A stretch of 64,000 bases of DNA from Candidatus Latescibacterota bacterium (GTDB lineage: Bacteria; Latescibacterota; UBA2968; UBA8231). Each line of letters starts with the position of its first letter. Position 1 is the first letter of the stretch. Position numbers and translations under genes: made by a program. The notes below the pieces were generated by a model that was not told where the DNA came from, did not search any database, and saw nothing but the letters and a program-made list of their open reading frames with translations. This document shows positions 54,202 through 62,962 of this stretch, piece by piece. The stretch lies in NCBI GenBank assembly GCA_965203175.1, contig OZ241867.1, positions 4,704,001 through 4,768,000 of the forward strand, read 5' to 3'.

Positions 54202-56067
54202 ATGGAGCGCGTTATCACAATTCTCCTAAGTTGCGTATTGCTGACCGCCAGCAGCTTGCAGGCTAGCAGTGTCGAAGAGACTTATCAGGCGGCCCTCACG
54301 CAGGAGAAGGGCGAGGGCAACTTAGAGGAGGCCATTCGCCTCTACCAACAAGTGATTGAGGCACACGAGAAGGGCGAGGCGGACGAGAGCTTGGCGGCCC
54401 GGGCGCAGCTACGCATCGGCGTGTGCCAGGAGAAGTTGGGACTGGCACAGGCGCGTCAGACCTACGAAGCTGCACGCGACAAGTACTCCGACCAGCCACA
54501 GGTGCAGGTGGAAGCGGTACAACGCTTAAAATCGACCCACCAGCGCGAGGCGACGATCGAGCGGTCGAGAGCCCTTACAGCCTCTGAATTTGAAATCCGC
54601 CGTCGGCCAAGGTCTGGAAAGTGGGTCAGTCCCGACTCGGTGCTTATCGCGTATAGGATACAGCAGGATGCAGGGGGCAGGATCGACTCGGCGCGTATCA
54701 ACGAGCAGATGCGCCAGTTCCGGCGAATAATGGAGCGAGCTAGGCAGCAGAAGGAACTGACCGAGCGGCAGTTGGAAGCCTTCCAGCGGCAGCTAGAACG
54801 ACAGCTAAATCGGATGGAGCAACAGTTGAAGGTCATCCAAAGAAATCCGCTACGGGATGTGCGAATCAGGTCCCCACACTTCTTGGAGTTCGGATCGGAT
54901 CAGCGGTACTACCACTACGCCAACACACCTCCGGTGATCCCCTACGCCTATGAAGAGGTGGCCGAGGTGCCCATACAGTGGAAATTCCGCCTCGATGAGA
55001 GCACGCATCCGCAGCGGCACCGCTACGCCACGCTGGACTTCGACGACTCGGATTGGGCTACAATCAACATCGGACAGGCTTACGAGGATCAAGGCTACGC
55101 TGGTTATGACGGGTGGGCTTGGTATAGGGCTACCTTCACGGTGGCGGCGGATTCGGTGCGGTCGGTGCTCATGGCTTTCGGCGGGTTCGGGGCTAAGGAC
55201 GCCTTTGTGTATGTCAACGGCCACTTGGTTGGTCAGCACTACGACCAGTGGGACCGGCCGTTCATCCTCGATATAAGCGACCACGTCGTGCGCGACGGGG
55301 AGAATACAGTGGCGTTGTATTTGTATGACGACAACGGCATGGGCGGTGTATATGGCCTGATTAATGTACATCAGCCCACGGACGAGGTAGAAACAGACGA
55401 CTTTGCCACCAACCGGGGCGGGCACTTGGAGATGGTGAGATGGCACGGCTGGCCGGTTTTTAAGGACCATTTCACCAGCGGCAAGCTCTATAGCCGCTAT
55501 GCTCACCGGCCTCCGCGCATTCCCTACGCCTATAAAGCGGTAGCCAAAATTCCCATGCAGTGGAAATTCCTCCTCAGCCCCTACCAGGAACACCAAGAAG
55601 TTATCCTTAGCCGTGCCGATTTCGACGATTCGCATTGGGCCGATATCGACATCGGCCAGGCCTGGGAAGATCAGGGCTACAGTGGCTATGACGAAGGGGC
55701 TTGGTACCGAGCCCAGATTGAGGTGGACGCGGAAGAGGGGCGGCCTGTACATCTGGCCTTCGGCGGCGTGGATAACAACGCCTCTGTGTACGTCAATGGC
55801 ACCTTTGTAGGAGAACACTACGGATGGAATACCCCTTTCATCCTCGACATCAGCGAGACGGTCAATTACAAAGGCCAGAACACGGTCGCCGTGTGGGTGT
55901 ACGACGGGGCCAACATGGGTGGCATCTTCGGCACCATAGAAATAATTCAACCCACCGTGAAGGAGGACCTCGACCGCTACTTGGCCAATCGCGGTATCTC
56001 GGCGCAGCAGAAGCAGACCGACCGAGACGGGTCAAAGAAGCGGAGCTTTTGGAGTCGCTTTTTCTAG
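54202..56067 (+). CDS. Secreted protein: TPR + coiled coil + two tandem GH2-N-like sugar-binding jelly-roll domains
   Basis: Signal peptide; EEAIRLYQQVI...AQLRIG; duplicated WKF...DFDDS.W..I.IGQA.EDQGY.GYD..AWYR...FGG...VYVNG...GMGG. Confidence 0.75.
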   Translation: MERVITILLSCVLLTASSLQASSVEETYQAALTQEKGEGNLEEAIRLYQQVIEAHEKGEADESLAARAQLRIGVCQEKLGLAQARQTYEAARDKYSDQPQVQVEAVQRLKSTHQREATIERSRALTASEFEIRRRPRSGKWVSPDSVLIAYRIQQDAGGRIDSARINEQMRQFRRIMERARQQKELTERQLEAFQRQLERQLNRMEQQLKVIQRNPLRDVRIRSPHFLEFGSDQRYYHYANTPPVIPYAYEEVAEVPIQWKFRLDESTHPQRHRYATLDFDDSDWATINIGQAYEDQGYAGYDGWAWYRATFTVAADSVRSVLMAFGGFGAKDAFVYVNGHLVGQHYDQWDRPFILDISDHVVRDGENTVALYLYDDNGMGGVYGLINVHQPTDEVETDDFATNRGGHLEMVRWHGWPVFKDHFTSGKLYSRYAHRPPRIPYAYKAVAKIPMQWKFLLSPYQEHQEVILSRADFDDSHWADIDIGQAWEDQGYSGYDEGAWYRAQIEVDAEEGRPVHLAFGGVDNNASVYVNGTFVGEHYGWNTPFILDISETVNYKGQNTVAVWVYDGANMGGIFGTIEIIQPTVKEDLDRYLANRGISAQQKQTDRDGSKKRSFWSRFF

Positions 56068-56134
56068 CGCCAGGTCGGTCGCAGGCGCTGCGGCCGCCCT
56101 GACTATAGTGAATCACGCTCAGAGGAGATAGACA

Positions 56135-57046
56135 ATGGACAAGGCGGCAGCAGCGTTAGCGCGTATGAAGGGGCCAGTAGTCCCGCTCAATTTGTGCTTT
56201 GACGAAAGCGGCGCATTAGACCACCAAGCAGTGGCGGCATACGTAGATTGGCTCAGCGAACACGGAGCGCCCATCCTGATGTTGACCTACGGCAGCAGCG
56301 AATTCGCCTGCCTAGACGACGAGGATATATGGGCGGTGACCGAGACCGTGGGCCAGGCCTGCGCTGGTCGGGCCTTCTGCATCGGCGGCACGGGTTTTTG
56401 GAAGCCAGCCAAGACGCGGGATTATCTAGCCCACGCCCAAGCTGTAGGGATGGACGCGGTCAAAGTCCAAGTCCATCCCTATCTGGGCAATACCACGCCG
56501 GTTCTGGTCAATTACTTCGACGCCTTGGAAGGGGCCGCCGACATTCCCCTGCTGCTGTGGGCCGGCGGCCAGCCCCCCTTCCCCTTGGAGGCCGCCGTGA
56601 AATTGGCCCAGCGCCCCCACATCATTGGCATGAAAAACGATGGCGACCAATTCTACACGTATTACGACCTGATCCGCCAGACGCGCAATTTTGGTTTCGG
56701 GGTGATCAGCGGCGGGCAGATGCGCAATTTCGCCTTTGGCTATCCGCTCGGCTCCCCCGCCTATTTGTGCACAGTCGCACCCTTCCGGCCCGACATTGCC
56801 AATGCCTTCTACCATGCGCTGGTCAACGGCGATGCAGCCGGAGCTTGGGATTTGGTGTACCGCTATGAAGAGCCGTGGTTGCAGTGGGCCATCAAACACA
56901 ACTGGCTGGCTTCCATAAAAGCGGCCATCCAATTGAAGGGCCTCTACCCCAACCACCGCTTAGGGCCACCCCATCCAGCGCCGGAGCCGGGGCTCGTCGA
57001 AAAGCTCAAAGCCCTGTTCGACGAGATATACGAGGGGGAATTTTAA
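56135..57046 (+). CDS. DapA/NAL-family lyase
   Basis: GPVVP..LCFDESGALD, YGSSEF, IGGTG, HIIGMKND (Schiff-base Lys). Confidence 0.82.
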   Translation: MDKAAAALARMKGPVVPLNLCFDESGALDHQAVAAYVDWLSEHGAPILMLTYGSSEFACLDDEDIWAVTETVGQACAGRAFCIGGTGFWKPAKTRDYLAHAQAVGMDAVKVQVHPYLGNTTPVLVNYFDALEGAADIPLLLWAGGQPPFPLEAAVKLAQRPHIIGMKNDGDQFYTYYDLIRQTRNFGFGVISGGQMRNFAFGYPLGSPAYLCTVAPFRPDIANAFYHALVNGDAAGAWDLVYRYEEPWLQWAIKHNWLASIKAAIQLKGLYPNHRLGPPHPAPEPGLVEKLKALFDEIYEGEF

Positions 57047-57047
57047 T

Positions 57048-57662
57048 TCACAGCCTAACGGCAATAAGGTGCGACTTTTCCAGCGGCAGGATGTAGGTCA
57101 GCCAATCGGCAGTCTCGTCTAAGCGGCTTCTAAAGGCGGCCCAAGCCGGATTCTGGTCCCATTGTTCGACTTTGGACCAGCCATCGACAAAGAGAAACGC
57201 CCCTACCACCAGACGGCTTTCCAACATGGTGAACATGGGCGCAAATGCGGGCAGGCCAAAATCCACGAAGACAAAGTCCACGCGCTCGGGAAGAGCCGCG
57301 ATAAAGGCATCCCCCTCCCCAGTGTAGCATTCCACTAGGTGGTCCAAGCCAGCTTGGCACAAATTGGCTTGGGCCGCCACCGTTTTTTCAGACACCCGAT
57401 CCAAGCTGAAGACGCGACCCCCGGTGCGTTGAGCCGCAGCGGCTAGGTGCAGGGTAGAATAGCCGTGCGAAGTGCCAAATTCGACCAAGGTCCGGGCCTG
57501 CTGGTGGATCGCGGCCAGACAGAGGTAATGGGCCACTTGAGGGCTGACAGCCCTGAGACGCAACGGGTCCGTGGACCCGGCTTGACGCTCCTGCTGATCG
57601 CGTCTGTGCAGACCAGCGACAAGGGCTTGTTGCGTCGGCGTGAAGAGATCCTCAATGTGCAT
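57048..57662 (-). CDS. Class I SAM-dependent O-methyltransferase
   Basis: LVEFGTSHGYSTLHLA, VDFVFVD. Confidence 0.85.
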   Translation of the reverse strand: MHIEDLFTPTQQALVAGLHRRDQQERQAGSTDPLRLRAVSPQVAHYLCLAAIHQQARTLVEFGTSHGYSTLHLAAAAQRTGGRVFSLDRVSEKTVAAQANLCQAGLDHLVECYTGEGDAFIAALPERVDFVFVDFGLPAFAPMFTMLESRLVVGAFLFVDGWSKVEQWDQNPAWAAFRSRLDETADWLTYILPLEKSHLIAVRL

Positions 57663-59138
57663 TTAGTCGGCCTCAGCAAAAGGCGGCACCACCCCGTCGT
57701 CCAGCGGAAAAATGGGACGCACACAGTGCTGGTAGGGCAAGGTTTTGAGATTGGCGCTGGTGGACCCGGGCACATCGACAGCGACAATGCGGGCGGCTAT
57801 AGGCTGGTAGTGAGTGCGAAAGCCATTGGGCGATTTGCACACGACCAAATCGTAGTCGGCTGGATCGTGCCCTTGGCTTTGGTACACCTTGCGTCCGACG
57901 ATGGGGGCGGCTTCTTGGGTCACTAGCAATGTAAGATTGCCACTGGTCAAAATGGCGGTGCGGCTAGGCGGCACTACATACCCGAATTCAGTAGTGAAGG
58001 CCCCGTCGGACAGGCTTTTGACGTACAGAGGCAATTCCACCGGCGCAAAGCGCTCTGAATCGAGGGTGCCGCCCAAAGGCCAAGTGAACTGCCCCCCTAC
58101 TCCAGTCCGATAGGCAGCTTCCACCGCAGGAGCATCGACTATGGGAATGAGGGCGCGCTTGCTGTAATTGTATTGGAGCAGCCCCTTGAGAATGGCGTTG
58201 CTATCGCCGCTGGCACCCGAGGCCGTAGAATCCGCGGCATCGGAGAACACCGTAAGCCCCTCGGTCTCCTCGGCCAGACGCACGGCTTGTTCGAGCGAGG
58301 TGAGTTTGGGAATCCAGTGAGGGCGGTTTTCCCACATGAAGCGAGCCAATTCCAGCGCCAGTTCTTGGGCTTGAGCTGGATCGTCGTCGGTGGTGACGAT
58401 TGCATTGGACTGCAAATCGGGCACGTCGGTAAAGGGGTTGCCAATGATGACGCCTGCGGCCAAACCGCCTGGAGACGCCTCAATTTCACGGCAGCGGCGG
58501 ATGGCTTCGCCAAAGCGACCGCTGGCGGTGATGAGTTCATCGCCACGAGCCAATAATGGGATGGATACGCGAGCCGTGGTGGGCTTGACTTCCCCGTCCA
58601 ATTGGCGCAACAACAGACGAGCCGCGCGCTGGCCAGTGTCGCGCATATCCGTGTGTGGATAGGTGTGGAGAAAGACCAAGGCGTCGGCTGCATCGACCAG
58701 TCGTTGCGAGATGACCGCGTGCAGGTCCATGGCCGCGACAATGGGCACGTCTCCGACGATTTGCCGGATGCCGGATGCGACGCGGCCTTCGGGATCGATT
58801 TCGGTTTCGCCGGCCATGGCCCCGTGCAGCGACAGACAGACCGCATCAACTGGGGCGTGGGCCTCGACAGCGGCCAACAATTCGCCGATGAGACGCTCCA
58901 TATCGGGACCAGCGACCAATCCACCAGTGGTATTGCACCAAGCCCCGTACGTGGAAACCAGTTCGATGTCGGGACGGGCTTCGAGAACGTCGATATTGCC
59001 CGCCAGCGTGGAATTGGAAGAGCGGGTAGCTTCTATAAGATCTGGCCCCCGGTGGATCGTGAAGTCGTCGTAATAAGTAAGCTGGGGGTTAAAGCTACCA
59101 ACTTCGTGGTTGAATTTGGCCAAAAGAACGCGTTTCAT
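57663..59138 (-). CDS. M81/MlrC family metallopeptidase
   Basis: HEVGSFNP, LSLHGAM...DPEG, MDLHA, TYPHTD, VVCKS..GFR. Confidence 0.9.
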   Translation of the reverse strand: MKRVLLAKFNHEVGSFNPQLTYYDDFTIHRGPDLIEATRSSNSTLAGNIDVLEARPDIELVSTYGAWCNTTGGLVAGPDMERLIGELLAAVEAHAPVDAVCLSLHGAMAGETEIDPEGRVASGIRQIVGDVPIVAAMDLHAVISQRLVDAADALVFLHTYPHTDMRDTGQRAARLLLRQLDGEVKPTTARVSIPLLARGDELITASGRFGEAIRRCREIEASPGGLAAGVIIGNPFTDVPDLQSNAIVTTDDDPAQAQELALELARFMWENRPHWIPKLTSLEQAVRLAEETEGLTVFSDAADSTASGASGDSNAILKGLLQYNYSKRALIPIVDAPAVEAAYRTGVGGQFTWPLGGTLDSERFAPVELPLYVKSLSDGAFTTEFGYVVPPSRTAILTSGNLTLLVTQEAAPIVGRKVYQSQGHDPADYDLVVCKSPNGFRTHYQPIAARIVAVDVPGSTSANLKTLPYQHCVRPIFPLDDGVVPPFAEAD

Positions 59139-59260
59139 AAGGAACCTTCCGCAGAGGCGATGTTGGATGGGTTGCAAGGAGACAAAGCTGGCGTGAAACT
59201 TAGTAAGACGAAGAGTTCGCGCCAAAATGTATGAATACTACTTGCGAGAGGAGCACACTC

Positions 59261-60238
59261 ATGAACGTACCCCCTACCGACGGCATCCGCATCGCCGTCA
59301 CCGACCTTGAGCAACTGGTCGTCGATATTTTCAAGGCAGTGCCGATACCAGAAGAGCACGCTCGGCTCATCGCCAGCAAATTAGTCGAATGCGACCTGCG
59401 CGGCGTCGTCAGCCACGGCACCCTCCAAGTCAATCGCTACGTCCGTTCATTCCAAGACGGCACCGTCAACCCAAACCCGCAAATCCGCGTACTCAAGGAG
59501 GGACCGACCACTGCCGCGCTCTCCGGCGACGGCGGCTTGGGCTACCTCGTCGCTACTAAGAGCATGGAAATGGCCATCGCCAAAGCCCAAGAAGCCGGAA
59601 TCGGCGCGGCCACCTCCACCTACCACGGTCATCTTGGCAGCACCGGCAACTACGCGCGCATGGCCATGCGCGCAGACCTAATCGGCATCTCCACCTCCGG
59701 TCGCAATGCCTCCGACCACTACAATCGCGATACGACGATCCGAGGCTCCATCCAAGGCAGCCCGCCTTTGGCCTTCGGCATGCCGGCCGGAGCGGGCAAA
59801 CCGACCTTCCTACTCGACTTCGCCAGCCACTACGCGATCGACGACGAGACTTTCCTGAAGTACCCGCCAGTTTTCATCAAGGCCATCGGCATCTCGCACG
59901 TGGGCAATATCCTATCGGGTACGCTAGGAGGGCAGATGCTGACGGAGTTTTCGCGGGGCAACATCGAGTTCACAGGTGCCGATCAATCGGGCTTCTTCCT
60001 CGCCCTAGACGTAAACTGCTTTTCCGATCTCGACGCCTTCAAGGCCGACATGGACCACCTGATGGACGAAGCCAGTCGCATGAAACCACTACCCAGTTTC
60101 GACGAGTCCTTCCTGCCCGGCGGCAAGGAGCTAGCGCGGGAAACCGAGTACCGCAGAGATGGCGTGCCGATTTCGGCGGAAGCGGTCGAGGGACTTGAGG
60201 AAGTAGCTAAGGAATTCTCCATCGCCACTCCGTGGTAG
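59261..60238 (+). CDS. Ldh_2 family oxidoreductase
   Basis: DLRGVVSHG, GDGGLG, HGHLG, PLAFGMP, FLLDFA, LPG; GAGGAG RBS. Confidence 0.88.
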   Translation: MNVPPTDGIRIAVTDLEQLVVDIFKAVPIPEEHARLIASKLVECDLRGVVSHGTLQVNRYVRSFQDGTVNPNPQIRVLKEGPTTAALSGDGGLGYLVATKSMEMAIAKAQEAGIGAATSTYHGHLGSTGNYARMAMRADLIGISTSGRNASDHYNRDTTIRGSIQGSPPLAFGMPAGAGKPTFLLDFASHYAIDDETFLKYPPVFIKAIGISHVGNILSGTLGGQMLTEFSRGNIEFTGADQSGFFLALDVNCFSDLDAFKADMDHLMDEASRMKPLPSFDESFLPGGKELARETEYRRDGVPISAEAVEGLEEVAKEFSIATPW

Positions 60239-60299
60239 CCCTGGCGCATACCGTAACACTCGACCCAGAAACCATTGACGCGAAACGGAGCTAAAAAAA

Positions 60300-61757
60300 A
60301 TGAATATCGCGCTCATTGTAATTGATACCCTCCGCTACGATTATATCGGTGCAAACGGCAATCCCTGGATCGAAACGCCGAATATCGACCGCTTTGCAGC
60401 AAAAGCATGGGCATTTGACCGCGCCTTCTGCGCTAGCTTCCCAACGATCCCGTACCGAACTGATGTCATAACCGGTCAGTACGGAGGCCCCTTCCATCCG
60501 TGGCAGCCGCTGCGCCACGAACGGCAGACCCTCCCCTCGACACTTGCCGAACGCGGCTATGCCACGCAACTGATCCACGACACCCCACACCTGGTCAACG
60601 GCGGCCACAACTTCGATTGGCCGTTTCACGCGTGGACGTTCATCCATGGGGCTGAAGTTGATCGCGACTGGATCGACGATTCCGCGGCCTGGCCGGACAA
60701 CTGGTGCCACCAACCGATGTTTGCCTGCCTCGGCGAAAACGCCGCGAGAAGCGGGCCCCTCCAGACCTACGCTCGGGCGAACCGCAACCGCAAAAAGCCG
60801 GAGGATTGGAACTGCGCAAAGTTGTTCAGCAGCGCGGCCCAATTCCTCAAAGACAATGCGCAGCGCGAGAATTTCTTCCTCTGGGTGGATTGTTTCGATC
60901 CCCACGAACCGTGGGATGCACCACCCGAGTTTATGAAAAAATACGACGCGCGGTCGGACTACGATGGGCGCGTTGACCCACGCAGCTTCTTCGGCGGGCG
61001 GAACAACAAAGACCTCCCCGCCGAGGCCAAGGAACACATCAAAGCGCAATACCCAGCGAAATTGACCTGGATGGACCACTGTTTTGGGCAATTTTTGGAC
61101 GCGCTCGAATCCACCGGGCTCGACCGGAACACGGCAGTCATCTTAACCGGCGACCACGGCACCAACGTCGGAGAGCGCGGCACTTTTGGCAAAGGGCAAC
61201 CAGTGCGCGAGGCCGAAGCGCATGTCCCGCTCTTCATCCGAATGCCAGATGGCGATACCGGACGGAGCGATGTTATTGTGCAACCGCAAGACTTCTTCTC
61301 CACCATCCTCGCAATCCTCGGCGAAACGGAACCGGAAGGCATTGAAGGCTGTGATATTTTAACCCCCGCCCGGCGCGGTGAAGGTGGCGAGCGGCAGCTC
61401 GCATTGGCAGGTGGGAGCCTTGAACGCTGGAATCAAGCCGAGCAGAATCCGAACTTCGTCTTCTTCACCGCCTTTGACAAAACCTGGAGCCTCGAAGTCG
61501 CCGCGCAGCCGGAACACTCGCGCTTGGCGCGACTTGGTTCGTTGGACTACGTTGAGCAGGCGCAGCCAGAGGTCGTCACTGCAATGCACGCCGCGGCAAT
61601 TGATGAACTCGAACGCCGCGGCACGGACCCCGGATTAATCGCTTGGCTCCGCAACGGCGGCGAAGGCGAACTGCCCGCTAATGCCCAATACTGGGACGGG
61701 TATCCCGGCCCAGCCGGTTTTAAGCCCTACTTTTCCAAACTCTACACTGACAGTTGA
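60300..61757 (+). CDS. Sulfatase-like (alkaline phosphatase superfamily) hydrolase, Thr at the nucleophile position
   Basis: IVIDTLRYD, TPNIDRFA, PTIPYRT..ITG, FDPHEPW, TGDHG, HVPL. Confidence 0.85.
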   Translation: MNIALIVIDTLRYDYIGANGNPWIETPNIDRFAAKAWAFDRAFCASFPTIPYRTDVITGQYGGPFHPWQPLRHERQTLPSTLAERGYATQLIHDTPHLVNGGHNFDWPFHAWTFIHGAEVDRDWIDDSAAWPDNWCHQPMFACLGENAARSGPLQTYARANRNRKKPEDWNCAKLFSSAAQFLKDNAQRENFFLWVDCFDPHEPWDAPPEFMKKYDARSDYDGRVDPRSFFGGRNNKDLPAEAKEHIKAQYPAKLTWMDHCFGQFLDALESTGLDRNTAVILTGDHGTNVGERGTFGKGQPVREAEAHVPLFIRMPDGDTGRSDVIVQPQDFFSTILAILGETEPEGIEGCDILTPARRGEGGERQLALAGGSLERWNQAEQNPNFVFFTAFDKTWSLEVAAQPEHSRLARLGSLDYVEQAQPEVVTAMHAAAIDELERRGTDPGLIAWLRNGGEGELPANAQYWDGYPGPAGFKPYFSKLYTDS

Positions 61758-61771
61758 TAAAGGAGAACATT

Positions 61772-62821
61772 ATGCCGCGTACCTATAGAGCCTGCTTGAT
61801 CGGATGTGGACGGATGGGCGCGACCATTGACGACGAAGTCGAAGGCCGTCCGGATCGCTATCTGTGGCAACCGTTCTCGCACGCCGCAGCCGCTGTCGCC
61901 TGCGACAGAACCGACCTCGTCGCGGTTTCAGACGTGATCGCCGAGAAAGCGGAGTCCATCCGGCAACGCTACGGTGCCGAGCGCGCCTACACCGATTATC
62001 GCCAGATGATTGAAAAGGAGCAGCCGGACATCGTCTGCATCGCCACCCGACCCGGGCCGCACGCGGACATCACGGTTTTCGCCGCTGAAAACAACGTCAG
62101 GGGCATCTACTGCGAAAAGCCGCTCTGCTGTTCGATGGAGGAAGCGGATGCGATGGTCGCCGTCGTCCAAAAGTACGGAGTCAAATTCAACTACGGTACG
62201 CAACGCCGCTATATGCCGGTCTATCGCAAGGTACGAGAGTTGGTGGATGCCGGTGAAATAGGCAATATCCAATGTACGATCGCACAATACGGCGCGAGTT
62301 CAGCGCTCTGGGGCTTGACGCACGCCGCCGACATGCTGCTCTTCCTCGCCAGCGACCCAGAAGTCGATTTCGTCCAGGGAACCATCGTCTGTAGCGATGC
62401 GGATTGGGATGGCAATCGGCTGGACGTCGATCCGGCGATTACCAGTGGCTACGTCTGTTTTGCCAATGGCGTCCACGGCTATAACACCGCGGGTACCGGT
62501 CCTGAATTCGAGGTCTGCGGCAGCGAAGGGAAGATCCGCATCCTCAACAACAGCCGAGAATGCCAATTCCGCAAAAAGAGCCACACCTTTTTTGAAGAGG
62601 TACCGTTCCCAGACGTACCCCGCACCACCGGAACAGTGATGGGCATCGCAGACATCGCAGAGGCGATAGATACGGACCGCGAGACAAAGGGGCCGGTTCA
62701 CCTCGCTCGCCGGAGCCAAGAGATGTTGATGGGCATGATCGAGTCACACCGATTGGGCGGGCAACGCGTCGCGCTCCCAATGACCAATCGGAGCCTGTAC
62801 GTCGGCCGCCGAGATTGGTAA
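61772..62821 (+). CDS. Gfo/Idh/MocA family oxidoreductase
   Basis: LIGCGRMG, PDIVCIAT, IYCEKPL; AAGGAG RBS. Confidence 0.9.
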   Translation: MPRTYRACLIGCGRMGATIDDEVEGRPDRYLWQPFSHAAAAVACDRTDLVAVSDVIAEKAESIRQRYGAERAYTDYRQMIEKEQPDIVCIATRPGPHADITVFAAENNVRGIYCEKPLCCSMEEADAMVAVVQKYGVKFNYGTQRRYMPVYRKVRELVDAGEIGNIQCTIAQYGASSALWGLTHAADMLLFLASDPEVDFVQGTIVCSDADWDGNRLDVDPAITSGYVCFANGVHGYNTAGTGPEFEVCGSEGKIRILNNSRECQFRKKSHTFFEEVPFPDVPRTTGTVMGIADIAEAIDTDRETKGPVHLARRSQEMLMGMIESHRLGGQRVALPMTNRSLYVGRRDW

Positions 62822-62962
62822 TTGAAACGGATGTCGCACACCTTTTGGCACGCGCTCCCCTTCCTCATTTTCAGCACGTGAAACGAGAATAAATGACTTG
62901 CAAGGGTTGACTAGGTTTCATGGGATTCTGACAATTTTGATAAAGCCTAAGAAAGGGGCAGG

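Noticed and set aside
57663-59138. Microcystin degradation (mlrC) pathway
   Set aside because: The M81 family is widespread and no mlrA/B/D genes are adjacent.
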